From an uncultured virus (IMG/VR IMGVR_UViG_3300022602_000059) (Duplodnaviria; Heunggongvirae; Uroviricota; Caudoviricetes), in IMG/VR virus record IMGVR_UViG_3300022602_000059: a DNA stretch of 64,000 nt; one strand, given 5' to 3'. Of the stretch, positions 63,032 through 64,000 are shown piece after piece. The translations under genes and the position numbers were made by a program. Under the pieces are notes generated by a model that did no database searches, was not told the origin of the DNA, and worked only from the letters and a program-made list of their open reading frames with translations. Position 1 is the stretch's first letter. Every line of letters starts with the position of its first letter.

Positions 63032-64000
63032 TTACTTCTCGTAGTCTTGCGGAACTCTCCGTTGAGGGATTTTGGTTCCGTAAGCTTCGGTAACTAGGCG
63101 GTTACGTACCGCGCTCTCGCCTAGAGCATTCAACTGAGCCGCTTCATCTGCTAGAGGTGTAGGACCAGCAGGTGGTACAGCTGGCTGACCCTCAGGGCCA
63201 GTAGGCAAAGGTTCTGCCGTACCACCCTCAGCGCCAGGCAACATACCTGTCAGTGATGCGATTTCGTTAGCAATCTCAGTCTGGAGAAGCTTCAAGGCGC
63301 CATCGGCCTTAGCGTCATCCATAAGCTCTTGACGGATTTCCGTGAGCTTCTCAGCAGGGAACTCTTCTCCCAAAAGGCGTAAGGCGCCTTCCTTGGACTC
63401 TAAGCCAAGAGACATCTTGGTTTGAATCTCGTTCAAGATAATCAACTTATCCAGTGGGAGGGGTGGTGGGAAGTGTACGTAAGAGCGGAAAGTAATAGGG
63501 TCATCAAAATCAAGCTGTGCAAGCTGACCTGGCTTTAAAGGGGTCGTGCTGGAGTTAGGGTCCCAAGTAAAGGCCTCTGGTTCCTTAACAGCAAGGTTAA
63601 GTAGAACTAGCTCATTGACACGCTCAAGGCCGTGCGCGTATTGAATAATCTTTTGGTGGTAACGAGCCATAAGTGGTTGGAACTGAATGCTCAAAGCAAC
63701 GCCAGAAGTGTTGGAAATAGGTTGTGCTTGACCAAGGGCAGTCTCTGGAACACCTGTCATTTCGTGCATAGACTTCTTGAGCATTGCCATGAAGTCCATA
63801 GCACCTCTAAGGCCCTGTGCGCCGCCTTCAAGGTTTTCTACCTTCGCGTCCTTAGGTAGACCACCCCACACCTTGTTAGCGCCTTTTTCTAGCTGCGACG
63901 CCTTAGCACCGATAATAACTGTGACTGGCGCTGCATGGTAGTTGACGATGTCGGCAATATCCGTAGCCGTCTCATTGTACGTACGGTTAATAGAGATAAT
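63032..64000 (-). CDS. portal protein (SPP1 gp6-like), 5' end outside the window
   Basis: frame open to the window edge; P..ALG....SN.SGVAL, P.P.D; upstream of scaffold. Confidence 0.85.
   Translation of the reverse strand: MISINRTYNETATDIADIVNYHAAPVTVIIGAKASQLEKGANKVWGGLPKDAKVENLEGGAQGLRGAMDFMAMLKKSMHEMTGVPETALGQAQPISNTSGVALSIQFQPLMARYHQKIIQYAHGLERVNELVLLNLAVKEPEAFTWDPNSSTTPLKPGQLAQLDFDDPITFRSYVHFPPPLPLDKLIILNEIQTKMSLGLESKEGALRLLGEEFPAEKLTEIRQELMDDAKADGALKLLQTEIANEIASLTGMLPGAEGGTAEPLPTGPEGQPAVPPAGPTPLADEAAQLNALGESAVRNRLVTEAYGTKIPQRRVPQDYEK

Overview
64 kb of a tailed dsDNA bacteriophage genome with a contractile tail (myovirus). The host is most likely an actinobacterium: it encodes a WhiB protein, and many genes have TANNNT-N6-ATG leaderless starts (inference). 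Layout: (1) 1-7.55 kb is a + strand early/accessory region of small ORFs and a MoxR AAA+/vWA-HExxH pair, interrupted by a repeat-rich non-coding block at about 1.3-1.87 kb. (2) 7.8-35 kb on the - strand covers nucleotide metabolism, recombination and replication: class II RNR, a TGT-like/HAD-like/nucleotidyltransferase trio, metallophosphoesterase, SpoVS-like protein, RuvC, Cas4-like exonuclease, WhiB, resolvase, RecA, PolA, SSB, SNF2 helicase, dNMP kinase, primase, DnaB, DnaC-like loader and replication initiator. (3) 35-64 kb on the - strand is morphogenesis: baseplate, tape measure with NlpC/P60, tube, sheath, neck, Gly-X-Gln collagen-like fibres, capsid, scaffold and a truncated portal, with an inverted three-gene propeller/TPR/FkbM cassette inserted. 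Best leads: an operon pairing an intact Pol-beta-type nucleotidyltransferase with apparently catalytically dead TGT-like and HAD-like proteins; a candidate +1 frameshift (UUU_CGA) in the tail chaperone; recurring hairpins with anti-Shine-Dalgarno loops, one able to pair with the polA RBS; a phage SpoVS; extremely acidic and extremely basic microproteins missed by the ORF track; and the inverted cassette abutting the collagen fibres. No tRNA, integrase, CRISPR array or intein was seen. All family calls come from motif recognition by eye, not from database searches.
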